NCBI GenBank assembly: GCA_965644315.1
Contig: CBFFRQ010000212.1
Span: 1 to 64,000 of the forward strand
Length of the DNA stretch: 64,000 nt
DNA from: Caecitellus pseudoparvulus
Taxonomy: Eukaryota; Protista; Bigyra: Bicosoecida
Reading direction: 5' to 3'
This document shows, one piece after another, positions 31,069 through 42,870 of the stretch. Under the pieces are notes generated by a model. It ran no database searches. It was not told where the DNA came from and saw only the letters and a program-made list of their open reading frames with translations. The position numbers and the translations under genes were made by a program. Positions within the stretch are counted from its first letter, which is position 1. Each line of letters begins with the position of its first letter.

Positions 31069-32877
31069 TGTGGGATGGACGCCTTGACACCCTGGGGCCA
31101 CCGGGTACGGGACCCCGCCGACTGCGGCACGCCGGTGCGGAGCGCGGGGTCACTGTGGTGTCGGGCGATCTGGCAAGGATGCATTGGCATCAATGCATTC
31201 AAAATACCACACCACCCGCTCGAGCGTTCAGCAGAACATGTTCATGAGATTCTGAACATCATCTACTGTTGCGATCGGGGCATCCCGAGTGAGGGCATAC
31301 AGGTCAGGGTGTGGAACGTATTGAGGCTCCTCGTCGCCACTGCCAGATCCGGCAGTGTCGACAACCATCGCCGACTTGACTCGAGACTGGGTTACACGAG
31401 CTGCAGCCAACCTGGAAAGGTGTTGCAATACCGCAGACGGAGTGGCAGTGAGCACACCGGGTTCCTTGGCGCGGTTGCCAGGTGTGTAGGGGATTGCTTG
31501 GTGGTCTTCCTCAGATACCGCTGCTGCAGCAGCCCGCTTGCTCATCTTTCGCAGGCGAGAGTAGCACTGGTTACACACTGCCAGCCCGACGTAGTCCTCC
31601 ACAGTGTCCAGGGAACATTCGCTGGCGATGGTCGCCCGCAGGGCCGCTGACATGGCGCTCACTTTCAGGATTTTAGGAGGAGTCTTGTCGGTACGCGTCG
31701 CTTTTTGCTCGGCAGTCGTGAAATACAGAGGACGGCGCCGCACTGACGGGGACTCATTGAAGCGACATGCTGGACATAAGTCACACGTAAGTTTTGGGGC
31801 GGCAGCCTTTTCATCAGCAAGCTGTGAGAGACGAGGAGCGACGGTGACAACGGTGTAGCGACACCACATACTGCCAGAGTGCAGTGTGTACCACGCGATA
31901 GCCGGAGGCATAGGGGGTTCCAGAATGCAGTTCATGGATCACTTCAGATGTGCATCTCAGTCAGATGAGGTCTACCCTTGCGCCTCCAGGTCTTACCTGT
32001 TCATGTTGCCTACGTTAGCACCGCAGGCAAGCGTCGCAACAGTACCATACCGCATTCATGGAGAAACACGTGGATGTATACGTGCTACCAAAAGCAGCAG
32101 AGAGCACGTGCGATGCTCTGCTCTTGACCTTGGCAGCTGCTCCGCAGAGACAGTGGCAGCGTGCACCCTTGGAGTGCCGCCTGGGGATGGCACGGTGAAA
32201 CGCCACGTGCAAACACCAAGGCTCACATAGTCGGTGGAGACGTACAGGCGGGGAAATCCCTTGTCTGCATCAACCAAACAGCGCATGCAAACGCAGTGGT
32301 TCACCGTAATAACACCTTCTGACTTTAACCGGCGCTCTAAATCGGCACGCACTCGCCTGCTGATGCGGCTTGGCGTTTCATCGCTCGCACTAAGCCCACC
32401 AGCTGCGCTTACTGGCTCAGACATGATTCGCGACAACACCACTTATGTGCAAAAGGCAAGTTCTATACCTAGCCTTCGTCTGCTATGTTCAAATTCTGCA
32501 TTGATTCCCCAATTGAGAACTCGGCGCTTGCCACCCAAAATAGGCCCGCGCGAAGACCCCATACACCCTTAAATCGTCTGACTTTCGCTCAATTATGGGG
32601 CTCAAGTTGGCACAGCTATCAGGTAATACAATCTACGTACACTATACACACTGATTTATCTGTCTTTGTGCTGATATTCGCAGGCTGTGACGCGAACACG
32701 GGCTCAACTGGAGCAAGGCGAAACTCCGGCAAATCGCCGGGGACAAAAAGAGGCCGCGAACCGCAAAAACAACGTATACTGCATGGGCCTTTCACCGAGA
32801 GCTGGACAACACTCTGTTCATTCGCTGAGCTTGTCCGCGAGATGAGCACAGCGTTGCTAAAAGAGTGACCGGACGAG

Positions 32878-33270
32878 ATGCGAGACACAGGCCTTGCGAG
32901 GCGCATCCGTGCGCATGCCCGGAGTGGCGTACCGCTTGGACAGCGGGCTGCCAAACGGAAGCCCAGTCCGAAGCTGGCATCGATAGGCTTAGGTCACCTT
33001 CTGAACTCTGAGGCTGAATGCTGCACGTACTTGGGGATGGGCAGCAAGGCCGTGCGGCACCTCATCGACGGGGTCATCCACAGCATTCAAGCTGACAAAC
33101 TTGCAGACCCCAAGCTCCTTTCAGCAACTGTCACATACTCTCCGGAAGTTCGGATCGCTGCTTCCGTGATGCGGGTACGGGGGGTGCGTTCACGTGAGAT
33201 AAGCTTGCTATTTAGATGCTCCTCCCAATCCGTTCAACGCTGGACTGCCGATCTGCTACCTTGCAGTTAC
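32878..33270 (+). pseudogene. Truncated Harbinger-like transposase N-terminus (HTH region)
   Basis: ECCTYLGM...SPEVRIAASVMRVRG...EISLLFRCS.QSV parallels the N-terminus of 282-2465; interrupted by a repeat. Confidence 0.45.
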
Positions 33271-33305
33271 CCCGGTGTAGATTGTGCAGTCAAATTGAAA
33301 TGTTG

Positions 33306-33690
33306 CATTCTGTTCCTACGACCTGTGGAGGGGTTGGACGATATGAATGCATTTCTCACGAAACACACTCACCTGGGGACCACCGAGAACGCCACGGGGG
33401 CCATGCGCTCGACACCGGCGTGTCGCATCCGCTGGCACCCCGTGCCCGAAGGCGTTCGGCGACCGGTGTCCCACCCACCCCTGTAAAAGGAAGAACAGAG
33501 GAAAAAAAATTATCCGGGTATCGAACCCGTAGCTCGACGATAAAGCACAGACTGCCTCCGATGCCGTGAGCGAGAGAGAAGGAGATGAAAGTGCACAGGC
33601 ACTGAGCCTGTGCACAGCTCTCCCCCTCCCTCGCTCCGTTGCAAAACCTGCGTTTCCGGCCCCCCCGGGGGCCCGGATAACTAAAGTTGT
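33306..33690 (+). repeat. Dispersed host repeat, copy 2
   Basis: Matches 4654-5030. Confidence 0.85.
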
Positions 33691-34593
33691 TGCCCGAGCT
33701 TGGTTGCGCAAATAAAGAGCGACGTTGCGCTCGGGAAGCCTTAGAAGCCCCTCTGTAAGTGCGACATCAAGTTCATGGCTCTGTGGCAAGGAGCATCTTG
33801 ACACGCCTGTTGCACCAATGGCATCTAAAGCTTGCCATGGCGGATACAAACCCATATCCTGTGCCTTCGGTATGCACACCGTCCGTTTTGGCACTGCATC
33901 AGCCTCAGCCGCTGTCTGAGCCAAAGCAGGCAACGCAGAGTTCAGAAAATGTTGAAATGGAGAGGACGAGTTACTTGACATTGACGGAGTAAGCGTTGTG
34001 TCCCCTCCTGGCGCGTTGACCTGCCGTAAAAGGAACTTGTGTGCAGCCTGCAAAAAGCGAAACGCCACGTCAAAGACCAACTGACTACACACGCGCGTCA
34101 GTCCATCCAAATGCATTCTACGTACCATAAACACAAGCCCCGCAATCACGTTAGCAGTATCCTTTGGTTTAAAGCTCACTGAAACGGCGGGGCGTGCGCA
34201 TTTGGTGCGGCCTTCGAAGCAGCATGAAACGCCAACGGCGGACGAACTTTTGAAGCCAGGTGTGGCACAATTTCTGGGAACTGACGAGAAATTCTGCAGT
34301 GGTAGCACGAGAGTACACAAGTACACATAGTCGCGCTGGAAAATTATGACATTGACGTGAGAAAACCTGATGAATCGAGTATGTGCTGCGGAGGTCATTG
34401 AGCAAACTCAAATTGCTAACCGAAGCTGATAGACCTGTCCGTCAGACAAGATACATTTTTGCCAGACTATTGTTGGTGATGACCCTTTCAGTCACACACA
34501 CCCAAGTACCCCGCGCGCTTTCAACAAAATGATCCCAGTCACCACACAATTTGGACCCCTTGCGAAATCAGGCTATGGTAGACACCCCCTGTA

Positions 34594-35277
34594 GTGCTGA
34601 ACCACATACGCGCACACTACCCATGGTTGCGAGTTCTCTCTGTGGTGGCCAACTGTACGAGCTTCCTTCAAGTTTGCGACGTGTCCATAAACAAACCCTT
34701 CAAGGGGATGTTGACTGAGCTGTACACGCGCTGGCGTGCGAGGAGAGCCGCTGCGGCAGCCGCTACCGGCAGAACAGAATCACCGTTGGGTATGAAAGAA
34801 GCCAAGGCAGCCATGGCCCGGTTTGTCTAAGCGGCCAACTCCGCCATCCACCCTGACGTGGTTCTAAATGGAGTGCGCCGCACTGGACTGGGCAGCATTT
34901 GGACCGAGGAGGGGGCCAGCCAAGCCATCGAGGATGCCCGCTGTCTGATTGAGGACGGCTCTTTGTGGTGGCCGATCTCGCCCAAAGACTCTGTTGTAAA
35001 ACGAGGAGAAGTACCAGTTGAGGTGGTGGACCAGGCCGCCGCAGATGCCAAGGAGGCAAGTGTTGGGGGCAAGACGAGAGTGCGGGAGGGGAAAGCAACT
35101 GGGACAGCCACCCGCAAGTACAAGTGCAGCGTGTGCAAGTGCGCCGGGCACACCAAGCGCACTTGCACGGCCACGTATACACTTTCTGTGGAGCGCACAC
35201 CAGGCACCGCCAAGGCCCCACGCGGCCTTCCAAGCCCGACTCTGACCCTTGGACGCCTCTGCCCCCCTGAACAATGA
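34594..35277 (+). pseudogene. pogo/Tc1 DDE_1-type transposase C-terminal remnant with zinc knuckle
   Basis: NCTSFLQVCDVSINKPFK, in-frame TAA at 34828, then VLNGVRRTGL...CSVCKCAGHTKRTC. Confidence 0.65.
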
Positions 35278-35507
35278 TGGTGTATAAAGAATGCACAATG
35301 AATTTACAGACACCATACGCACCTCCACTGCCCAATCTTACACCTGCACAAACTATAACCGGGTGTACTGTATCTGTCGACTTTCTCTAAAAGCAACTCA
35401 AAAAATTTCTCAAGTTGCTTTTTCCGTGCAGATTACTGGTACATACATTTTGATTGTGCAAGATTTCATTCTGACTGCACATTCTACACCGGGGTGACTG
35501 TAAGAAC

Positions 35508-36029
35508 ATGAGTGCTTGGGAGGACACGGAGCGTTGTGCCAAGGCTGAGGAGCTTCGAAACGGTGTGAATGGGGATGGCACCACCCTCAGCGACGGTGCT
35601 GTGCGGGTCCTGGAGCCGCACCTAGCATCCAAGCCGGTTCGGCGGAATGCGGCCGCCAACGCAATTGTGCGAGCGCTGCGCTCAGTGACAGCCCAGACTG
35701 TGGTGAACGGCATTCGTGCTTTAGGGATGTCGCGTGTTTGGGACGTGGCTACGAGGCTGGAGCTGTGGAACTTGGCACACGAGAGAGATGCAAGCGGTGC
35801 ACTGTGGAGCAAGCTGACACCGCGGGGCATGCCCTTGGCCGAAGGTGTCGCTGCCGAGGCAACACCAGCACTGGTAGCGAGCGAAGGTTCTGCTGCTGGT
35901 GCTGGCGGGGGAGATGAGCATCAGCGTGGAGAGAAGCGCCCTCGGGAACAAGGCGCGAAACAGGCCAGGACATGCGGCTGGTGCAGGCACATGGGCCACG
36001 ACAGGCGCAACTGTCTCATTCACAAGTAG
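35508..36029 (+). pseudogene. Related transposase C-terminal remnant with zinc knuckle
   Basis: VVNGIRALGM...LW...CGWCRHMGHDRRNC, similar to 34858-35277. Confidence 0.5.
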
Positions 36030-36946
36030 GGCCTGCCCGCTGCCAAGGGAGCGCGGTACAAGTGAAGTGGCAGGAGCGCTTGCCCAGGTGCGCCTAAACC
36101 ACAGAATGCATTGCAGCTGCCCCATGCTCACACTTGCGGCCTGCTGCCCAAAACCAATCAACAAGACGTACTATCAACAAACGTCCAGGTACGGAAGAGC
36201 TTGCAAGAAACGGAGACCTTTTGAGCGTCTATGACAATGGCTTCAACCTTCTGAAGAAGCTGAGTTGCGTGCACCCTTCGGTAAGGGTTGCCATCAGTGC
36301 TGGAGTCCCGCAGAACACAAGTGGTCAACACAGCCCTGCGCCGCGTCAAGCTCATGCTTGGGCCGGTCGCACTTTCAGGCTGGCTGCGGTTCATGCGGTC
36401 CAAATGTGCTTCAAACTCATCATGGCCCTTGATCCTAAGCTTCTCGGGGCGTTTGTGGAAGAGCCAGACACCCAGATCGACTCTTCCAGTGAAAGCACAC
36501 CTTCTCATGATGAAGCCGAAGCGACAGACGTTCTGTTGGGGATATCCGGGAGTAATCAACCATGTGACAGCCCTGTCGATGGCACTGCACTCTCTGGTGA
36601 CGGGCCTGGCACAGTCTCGACACCCTCCCATTTCCCGGCCACATAATCCACAACGTCGTCCGCAAGTACAACAACGTTGAGTGGCCCATGGAGAACACAC
36701 AAACCCACAGGAGATGTGCTGCCCGACTTGTTGAAGGCTTTGAATACATCCATACTGGCATTGAAGAACCTCTGTGCACGTGCGGGGATACTCATGAGCT
36801 GACGTCGTTACACAACGAAACGCCACTTTGAAGCGTATTTCAAGCCTGAACTTGGTGCCCTTTGCAGCCTGCTGCCTTGCCCACTCGTAGAACGAAGCCA
36901 CTACTTGCGGGTTTTGGGCCTTGGTCCACGTCTTGCCGTCTAGTCC

Positions 36947-36951
36947 CAAAG
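36947..36951 (+). repeat. Target-site duplication CAAAG (left) of element 2
   Basis: Repeated at 54649-54653. Confidence 0.88.
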
Positions 36952-37369
36952 AAAAAAAAGGGATGGGTGGGTGTTTAGTGTAAAACACCACCCCCCGGTA
37001 GATACATACGTAATGCGTGGCTAAAGCCACTATATTTAATGGTTCATTTTATAGTAATTTAATAGTCAATAAAATATATATTATTTAAGGTATATTTAAA
37101 AACAAGAAATAGTAAATTATAGGAAATATAAAAAAGTAATAAGTTAAAACATTATTTCCTATTTCCTTAATTTCTCTTTTTTTTATGGATTTTTAAATAT
37201 TATTATAATTTTCTTAAAATAGACTTTGAGAAAGAAAATATAAGATATAGGAAAAGTCTCTCTTAATCGCATGTGTTATACTTTTAGTGAATGAGTAAGT
37301 AAATATCTCTCTTAATTGCGGTGTGTGTCCCCTTCAAGAACAATTTAAACGCAATATTAAAAAATAAAT
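36952..37369 (+). repeat. Left TIR of element 2 (418 bp)
   Basis: Reverse complement of 54231-54648. Confidence 0.95.
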
Positions 37370-37378
37370 AACATAAAA

Positions 37379-37945
37379 GTGAATTATGTAATAGTAATAT
37401 ATATGAGTATGAAACCGAAAATTTCTATGAAAAATAGAAAATCATACTATAAAAAGGAACTAACATTTAGTAGTAGTAAATCTTTTGTAAGGAATTTTAT
37501 TATTGAAATTCAAGATGTAGAAGACCTAAAAAATGAAGATTTTTATATACACATAATGTTATATTTTACTCATGAAAAAGAAAGTAATGAAGAATATTTA
37601 AATCATATTAAGTTAAATATAGACCTTTATTACAATTTAAGAAAAGTTTTATCTTCAGATTTACTAAATGATTATTTTCAACAAAGTGAAAATATTAATT
37701 TATATGATGAAAGGAATGAATTTAATACAACATATGGTGAACATCGTGTGAGTAAAGACAATTTTTCATTTGTAGCGTTTAAGTTAGAAAAGAAAAAGCA
37801 TTTTTATGGATATAATTGCTTAACTGATGATCAATTTAATTGGTTATGGTTCATTATACATGAGTATATTAGTAGACATATGAAAAGTGGAACTAAAAAT
37901 TCACGTAGTAGATACATGAACGCAATACTAAAAAATAAAGTATAA
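37379..37945 (+). CDS. Hypothetical protein
   Basis: 188-aa ORF in AT-rich DNA; likely start at a downstream ATG. Confidence 0.65.
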   Translation: MNYVIVIYMSMKPKISMKNRKSYYKKELTFSSSKSFVRNFIIEIQDVEDLKNEDFYIHIMLYFTHEKESNEEYLNHIKLNIDLYYNLRKVLSSDLLNDYFQQSENINLYDERNEFNTTYGEHRVSKDNFSFVAFKLEKKKHFYGYNCLTDDQFNWLWFIIHEYISRHMKSGTKNSRSRYMNAILKNKV

Positions 37946-38077
37946 GAGTATAGTATAGGGGTTTAGTGTTTTCCCCCTTTGAGTTTTATAGAATTATCTT
38001 CATAATAATTATGAGGAGAATTTAAAAAATAAAAAAATTACTTAAAGATAAATTTCGTATTGTAATTATAATAGCAA

Positions 38078-39781
38078 ATGGTCGTATTCAGTGTAATGAC
38101 AATTAAGAATTTACTTAATGAAAACAAAATAGAAGATGTCAAAGAGTATGTGCAAAAATACTTTTTTAAGACAACAGATAGTTATTTTTTTAAGAATGTA
38201 CAAACTGGGAAATATGATAACTTCAAGCAAAAAGACTTGAGACAATATATTCCAAAAGATTTAACCAATCAAGATTATATTGAAGAGAACAATTTAAAAT
38301 CAAATAGACAAACCAAATTCAATTTGTTTGATTACATGGTAAGTTCTGAATTTTGTGATTGTTCCAATAATGTACAATATGGTATATTTCCAGATACAGA
38401 TGATGATATTGTATCCATTACAAGAAATATTAAGGGTAAAGCCTTAACTCAAAAATATTTAAATATGGTTAAACCTTTACCTTTTGATTTAAGTGAATGT
38501 AAAGACATAAAAGAGAAAGATTTTTTAGAAGAAATTGAAGTTATTGATAATCATATTAAGGAAGTATTATGTGGGGGAAATATTGCTATGTTTGAATATG
38601 TACGTTTATTTTTTGCTTTTTCAATTGCTGGTGTAAAGGTGCGAAAAGCAATCTTTATGTTGTCAGAAGAAAGAACCGGAAAAGGCATATATTTAAACTT
38701 CTTAGATCGTGTGCTTGGCGAAAGAATGCTTAAAACATCCTCAACCGAAACTATAACAAAGTACACCAAACCATTAGAAGGGGTTGTATTAGTAAATATT
38801 GATGAGCTACCAGAATTAAGAGGAAACTTACTTATACAAGATAAACTGAAAGGATTAATAACTGAAGATAAATTTGATTGCCGTGATATGTACAGTGTAG
38901 GATACACTCAAACAAATACATTTAACATAATTATAACGACAAATATTGAAGGATCAATTAATTTGAGTCAATCAAACAAAGAGCGGTATATATGCCCTGA
39001 TGTATCAGACCATCGCAAAGGTGATTTTAAGTATTTCCAAAGTGTTATTAAGGCTATGAATTGTAAGGGGGTAATACCTGCATATTTTAATCATATGAGA
39101 AAGCTTTATGAAGAAAACAAAGATTTTAATTTTGATATTATGCCAAATTCAAGAACAAGGGATGAAAAAATTATATCTGCTCTTCCTCCTTTATACAAGT
39201 ATATCAAAGATGAATTTATATTTAATAATGCTGATATGGATATAGAATGCAAGCAATTATTGGATGAATACAATACGAACGCAAAATTTAAAATGACCCT
39301 TCATAGATTACACAAAGATTTAAAAAAGATAGGTATTATTAAAACTACTGTATCTGTAAATGGTTCAACAAAGAGAAAATTTATTGTACCTGTTGAAACA
39401 TTACGCAAAATATTTATAAGTAAAAGATGGTATGACCCAGAAATAGAAGATGATGAAGCACCAGAAGAAGAGGTATCAGTTGATGACATGGATTATATTA
39501 AAGTTTTGTATGCAAAACATCCTGAAAAGTTTAAAGAGTTTATGTCAATTTTAGAAGGGAAGAAACCAAAACCAATAACAGTAGAATCAAAAAAATCAAA
39601 ACCAAAAAAAATTAAACTATCTGAAAACAAGAAAATATTCAAGAAAGAAAAGGAAGCCAAAGCAAAAGCAAAGAAAGAGAAAACAGAAAAGGAAATTAAA
39701 GAATACAAAAAGAAAGCAACAAAAGCAAGTAAGAACGGAAAATTAATAACTAAAGAAAATGATAATTTAGGAATTTTTTAA
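38078..39781 (+). CDS. Superfamily 3 (D5-like) helicase
   Basis: SEERTGKG (atypical Walker A), VNIDEL, IITTN, ERYI; Lys-rich tail. Confidence 0.85.
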   Translation: MVVFSVMTIKNLLNENKIEDVKEYVQKYFFKTTDSYFFKNVQTGKYDNFKQKDLRQYIPKDLTNQDYIEENNLKSNRQTKFNLFDYMVSSEFCDCSNNVQYGIFPDTDDDIVSITRNIKGKALTQKYLNMVKPLPFDLSECKDIKEKDFLEEIEVIDNHIKEVLCGGNIAMFEYVRLFFAFSIAGVKVRKAIFMLSEERTGKGIYLNFLDRVLGERMLKTSSTETITKYTKPLEGVVLVNIDELPELRGNLLIQDKLKGLITEDKFDCRDMYSVGYTQTNTFNIIITTNIEGSINLSQSNKERYICPDVSDHRKGDFKYFQSVIKAMNCKGVIPAYFNHMRKLYEENKDFNFDIMPNSRTRDEKIISALPPLYKYIKDEFIFNNADMDIECKQLLDEYNTNAKFKMTLHRLHKDLKKIGIIKTTVSVNGSTKRKFIVPVETLRKIFISKRWYDPEIEDDEAPEEEVSVDDMDYIKVLYAKHPEKFKEFMSILEGKKPKPITVESKKSKPKKIKLSENKKIFKKEKEAKAKAKKEKTEKEIKEYKKKATKASKNGKLITKENDNLGIF

Positions 39782-39825
39782 TTAAATGACCTAAGGATAA
39801 ATTACGTATTTACGATATATTAGAT

Positions 39826-40170
39826 ATGGTAAATATGAATAAGTATATTGTAAGAAGAAATGAAGAGAAGGTAGGAGGACATACTCAACATGATATGTAT
39901 ATTGAAGCAAAGGATGGAGAAGAAATAAATTTTGATAGCATTAAAGAACTATATGGTCATATTGTTCCCAAGATAGATAAAAAGTATGATGTTGATGAAC
40001 TTGTTGTACTTGGACTTCGTAAAGATGGTATTATGAATATTAAAGGGTATGGTTCAACAATTGACGAAACATTGGATAATTTAGATGAGTACTTAAATGG
40101 TAAAGTAAAAGTACAATCAAAATTTCAATCTGTAAGATCATTAACTATTTCATGGTTAGTGGAAGAATAA
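39826..40170 (+). CDS. Small protein, candidate stand-alone terminal protein
   Basis: 114 aa directly upstream of pPolB with its own promoter motif; occupies the position of the element 1 pPolB N-terminal domain. Confidence 0.55.
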   Translation: MVNMNKYIVRRNEEKVGGHTQHDMYIEAKDGEEINFDSIKELYGHIVPKIDKKYDVDELVVLGLRKDGIMNIKGYGSTIDETLDNLDEYLNGKVKVQSKFQSVRSLTISWLVEE

Positions 40171-40213
40171 AATAATAAAATGACTTAAAGATAAGATTAG
40201 TATTTTATAATAT

Positions 40214-41452
40214 ATGATAGTATATTATAAAGACTCAGTATCAAGAACTTATTTTTCATATGATGGAGGAAAGGTAAAGAAGAGCTACAAAAAACCAAAT
40301 GGGTATGAGATGTTAAAGAGCTTTGGAATAGATGCAGATGAAAACGGACTCATAGAGTATTATGAAAAGATTCAAGAATATTCGAATGAATTAGAAAAAT
40401 ACTTATCCAATATACCAAGTACACGAAATCCTAAACGAATGTTATTTAAAGGACTGGATCTAAGATTCTTTAAAGAGGATGGATGTAATACCTCACTAAT
40501 GAATACTTTACTGATCAATACACGCAAAGATAAGAAGAATTTGAAATCCTATGAACATATGACATATGAAGAATATAAATTTATGGATCAATCATATGAT
40601 TCAGGTTTAATAGCAGGTACACCATACAAAGGTAAAGTATATGCTTATGATCAAAAGAAATTTTATTCAATGACTTATGGATGTAGAAAAAGAAACTTTA
40701 AGTTTCCAGTAAAAAGAGGAAGATTTGAAACATTAACAGAGACACCCGAAAAGTTTGAATATGGATATTATCATATTAAAGTTGTTTCATCAGATCCAAG
40801 AGCAAAATTTCTTATTGGCTTTTCTAAGAAGAATTATTATGATCATTTTACATTGAATAAACTGAAATTCTTTCGTGATTGGGTCGGTCTAAGTCTTAAA
40901 TGGGAAATTATACAGGATGGTAAACCAAATGCTTTAATATATGATAATGATACATTAGTAGATTCACATATTATTTTTGGATGGTATCAAGATATACTCA
41001 TGAAAGCAAATGATAAGCTACCAAAGAACCCTCTTATTAAGTTTATGTTAAATAATATGTTTGGATATCAAAAGATTAAACATCGGCCAATTTATAGAAA
41101 ACTATCAAGTATTCAAAGCAAAACCGAAGAGGAGCAAAAGAATATTTTACCAATTCTTAGTAAGTCTTATGTAAACAAGAAAGGTGAACGTGTGTATTAT
41201 ACAGTAAAAAGAGAGCGTATATTCTTATATACAACTGCAAGAATGGGATATTTTCTACCTGCCACTTGTAGAGCTAAGATGTCAAATTTAATAGCTCCAA
41301 TTCTTGATGATGTAGTAAGGATATATATTGATGGTTTCATATGTAAAAAGAATCATGATGAAGTAATAACAAAGTTTATTTGTCAGGATCATAAGTACCA
41401 CAATAAGACAATAGATATTAAAAGCTCACAAACAATTTACTTTTTGGATTGA
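40214..41452 (+). CDS. Short divergent protein-primed PolB
   Basis: SGLI, YAYDQKKFYS, KFMLNNMFG, RIYIDGF; FETLTETP.KF..G.Y shared with element 1 pPolB. Confidence 0.8.
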   Translation: MIVYYKDSVSRTYFSYDGGKVKKSYKKPNGYEMLKSFGIDADENGLIEYYEKIQEYSNELEKYLSNIPSTRNPKRMLFKGLDLRFFKEDGCNTSLMNTLLINTRKDKKNLKSYEHMTYEEYKFMDQSYDSGLIAGTPYKGKVYAYDQKKFYSMTYGCRKRNFKFPVKRGRFETLTETPEKFEYGYYHIKVVSSDPRAKFLIGFSKKNYYDHFTLNKLKFFRDWVGLSLKWEIIQDGKPNALIYDNDTLVDSHIIFGWYQDILMKANDKLPKNPLIKFMLNNMFGYQKIKHRPIYRKLSSIQSKTEEEQKNILPILSKSYVNKKGERVYYTVKRERIFLYTTARMGYFLPATCRAKMSNLIAPILDDVVRIYIDGFICKKNHDEVITKFICQDHKYHNKTIDIKSSQTIYFLD

Positions 41453-42447
41453 TTCTTCTTTTTTTCTTCATATTCCTTTACTATATCTGGAACTTGTTTT
41501 TTAATTCTTATTTTGTTTTCCCAAGTTGCATTTTTCTTAGGAAAACCTTTCCACCATACTTTATATTGTCCTCTCCTATCATCTATTATTTCTCTGACTT
41601 CAAATGTTTCTTCACCACTGGCTAGTTTAAGTTCTGATTCTGCAAATGATACATTTGGTAAATAATTTAATTGATATCGTACTGGAACATTTCCTTTATA
41701 TGCCAGTATTTGTTTAATTTTTCTAGCTTTCTTACTAAATCTTCTATCTCCTGTTCTAAATCCTCCTTGAACGGGATTTCCTAATGAATCTTCGGCCTGA
41801 GATGGTGTCAGCTTATAATATACAAGATCACCTATTTTAAATTTTGGAGAGATCATCTTAATTTTTGCAAATTTAAATTTGTTTGGTTCAACTTTTCTTA
41901 TTTTGTTTAATTTAGTTCTTACCTGAGATAAAATATCTGTCCATTCTCTATAAGGTTTATTAGTTTCTTCTTCTTTTTTGTTCATGTATCCATTAAATAG
42001 TCTTCCAAGTGTTTTATTTAATCTTTCCACATTTGCCATTTGCTGGTGTCTTCCTTTCATTGCTGTTTTTTTTAAAATTGATTCATCAAATAGAAATTTG
42101 GCAAAATCACCTTTAAACTCTCCTCCTCCATCTGTTCTTATACTTGCTTCTGGTAAATTAATATGTTTTCGTTTAATCATCTTTTTAAATGCACCTAAAA
42201 CAGTATTTGGTCTTTTAGTTTTTAGTGGTTCAATATCAAATTCATTAGTCCATAAATCAACAACAACTAATAAATATTTAAATCCTTCTTTGGTCTTTGG
42301 TAGCTCTAATAAATCAGCTTGAAAATTATAATCTTCTTCAGGATAGATTACCCCTTTAACTTTTGTAAACTGAGTTTCTTTAGGTTGTGGTTTAGTAAAA
42401 GTCTCATCAATTCCCAATTCAGATATTAACTCTTTTATTTTGCTCAT
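41437..42447 (-). CDS. rve integrase with chromodomain
   Basis: QADLLEL, LVVVDL, RTDGGGEFKG, VERLNKTL; FEVREI...KVWWKGF...TWE. Confidence 0.92.
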   Translation of the reverse strand: MSKIKELISELGIDETFTKPQPKETQFTKVKGVIYPEEDYNFQADLLELPKTKEGFKYLLVVVDLWTNEFDIEPLKTKRPNTVLGAFKKMIKRKHINLPEASIRTDGGGEFKGDFAKFLFDESILKKTAMKGRHQQMANVERLNKTLGRLFNGYMNKKEEETNKPYREWTDILSQVRTKLNKIRKVEPNKFKFAKIKMISPKFKIGDLVYYKLTPSQAEDSLGNPVQGGFRTGDRRFSKKARKIKQILAYKGNVPVRYQLNYLPNVSFAESELKLASGEETFEVREIIDDRRGQYKVWWKGFPKKNATWENKIRIKKQVPDIVKEYEEKKKNQSKK

Positions 42448-42506
42448 TATATAATTAATTAATAAAATAACTTAAACATAAAATGCGTTTTAAGGAATAA
42501 ACTAAA

Positions 42507-42815
42507 ATGAAAATTGTTAATGCGAGATATTGTACTTTAAATGGAAAGCTATTGACTTGTCCCAGACAGAACACATCTATCAGATTTGAAGATAAAGAAT
42601 TAATTCTAACATTCACAACTCCCTTATTTATAACTAACGTTCATGCATATGATTTTAAGAGCTGTGTAGAGGTAGATTCAGCAAGCTATAATGTAATACT
42701 AAATTTTCCAGATATTGGAGTATCACTTGTTTATAAGTTTACTAAATCAGGATTTGAAAAAATTAATGATGCAATTAATGAGAGATTAAAACTTATTGGT
42801 GAATCAGAAAAATAA
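42507..42815 (+). CDS. Hypothetical protein
   Basis: 102-aa ORF, divergent from the integrase. Confidence 0.6.
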   Translation: MKIVNARYCTLNGKLLTCPRQNTSIRFEDKELILTFTTPLFITNVHAYDFKSCVEVDSASYNVILNFPDIGVSLVYKFTKSGFEKINDAINERLKLIGESEK

Positions 42816-42870
42816 CTCAATTTATTATTTCAAGAAGCAAAACATAATTATTTATATTTTGTTTCAAGTA

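Noticed and set aside
31228-32442. Minus-strand ORFs with CxxC pairs as a Harbinger ORF2
   Set aside because: Plausible from position but too fragmented to support a call
33316-34398. 360-aa minus-strand ORF
   Set aside because: No recognisable motifs; runs antisense through a dispersed repeat in GC-rich DNA
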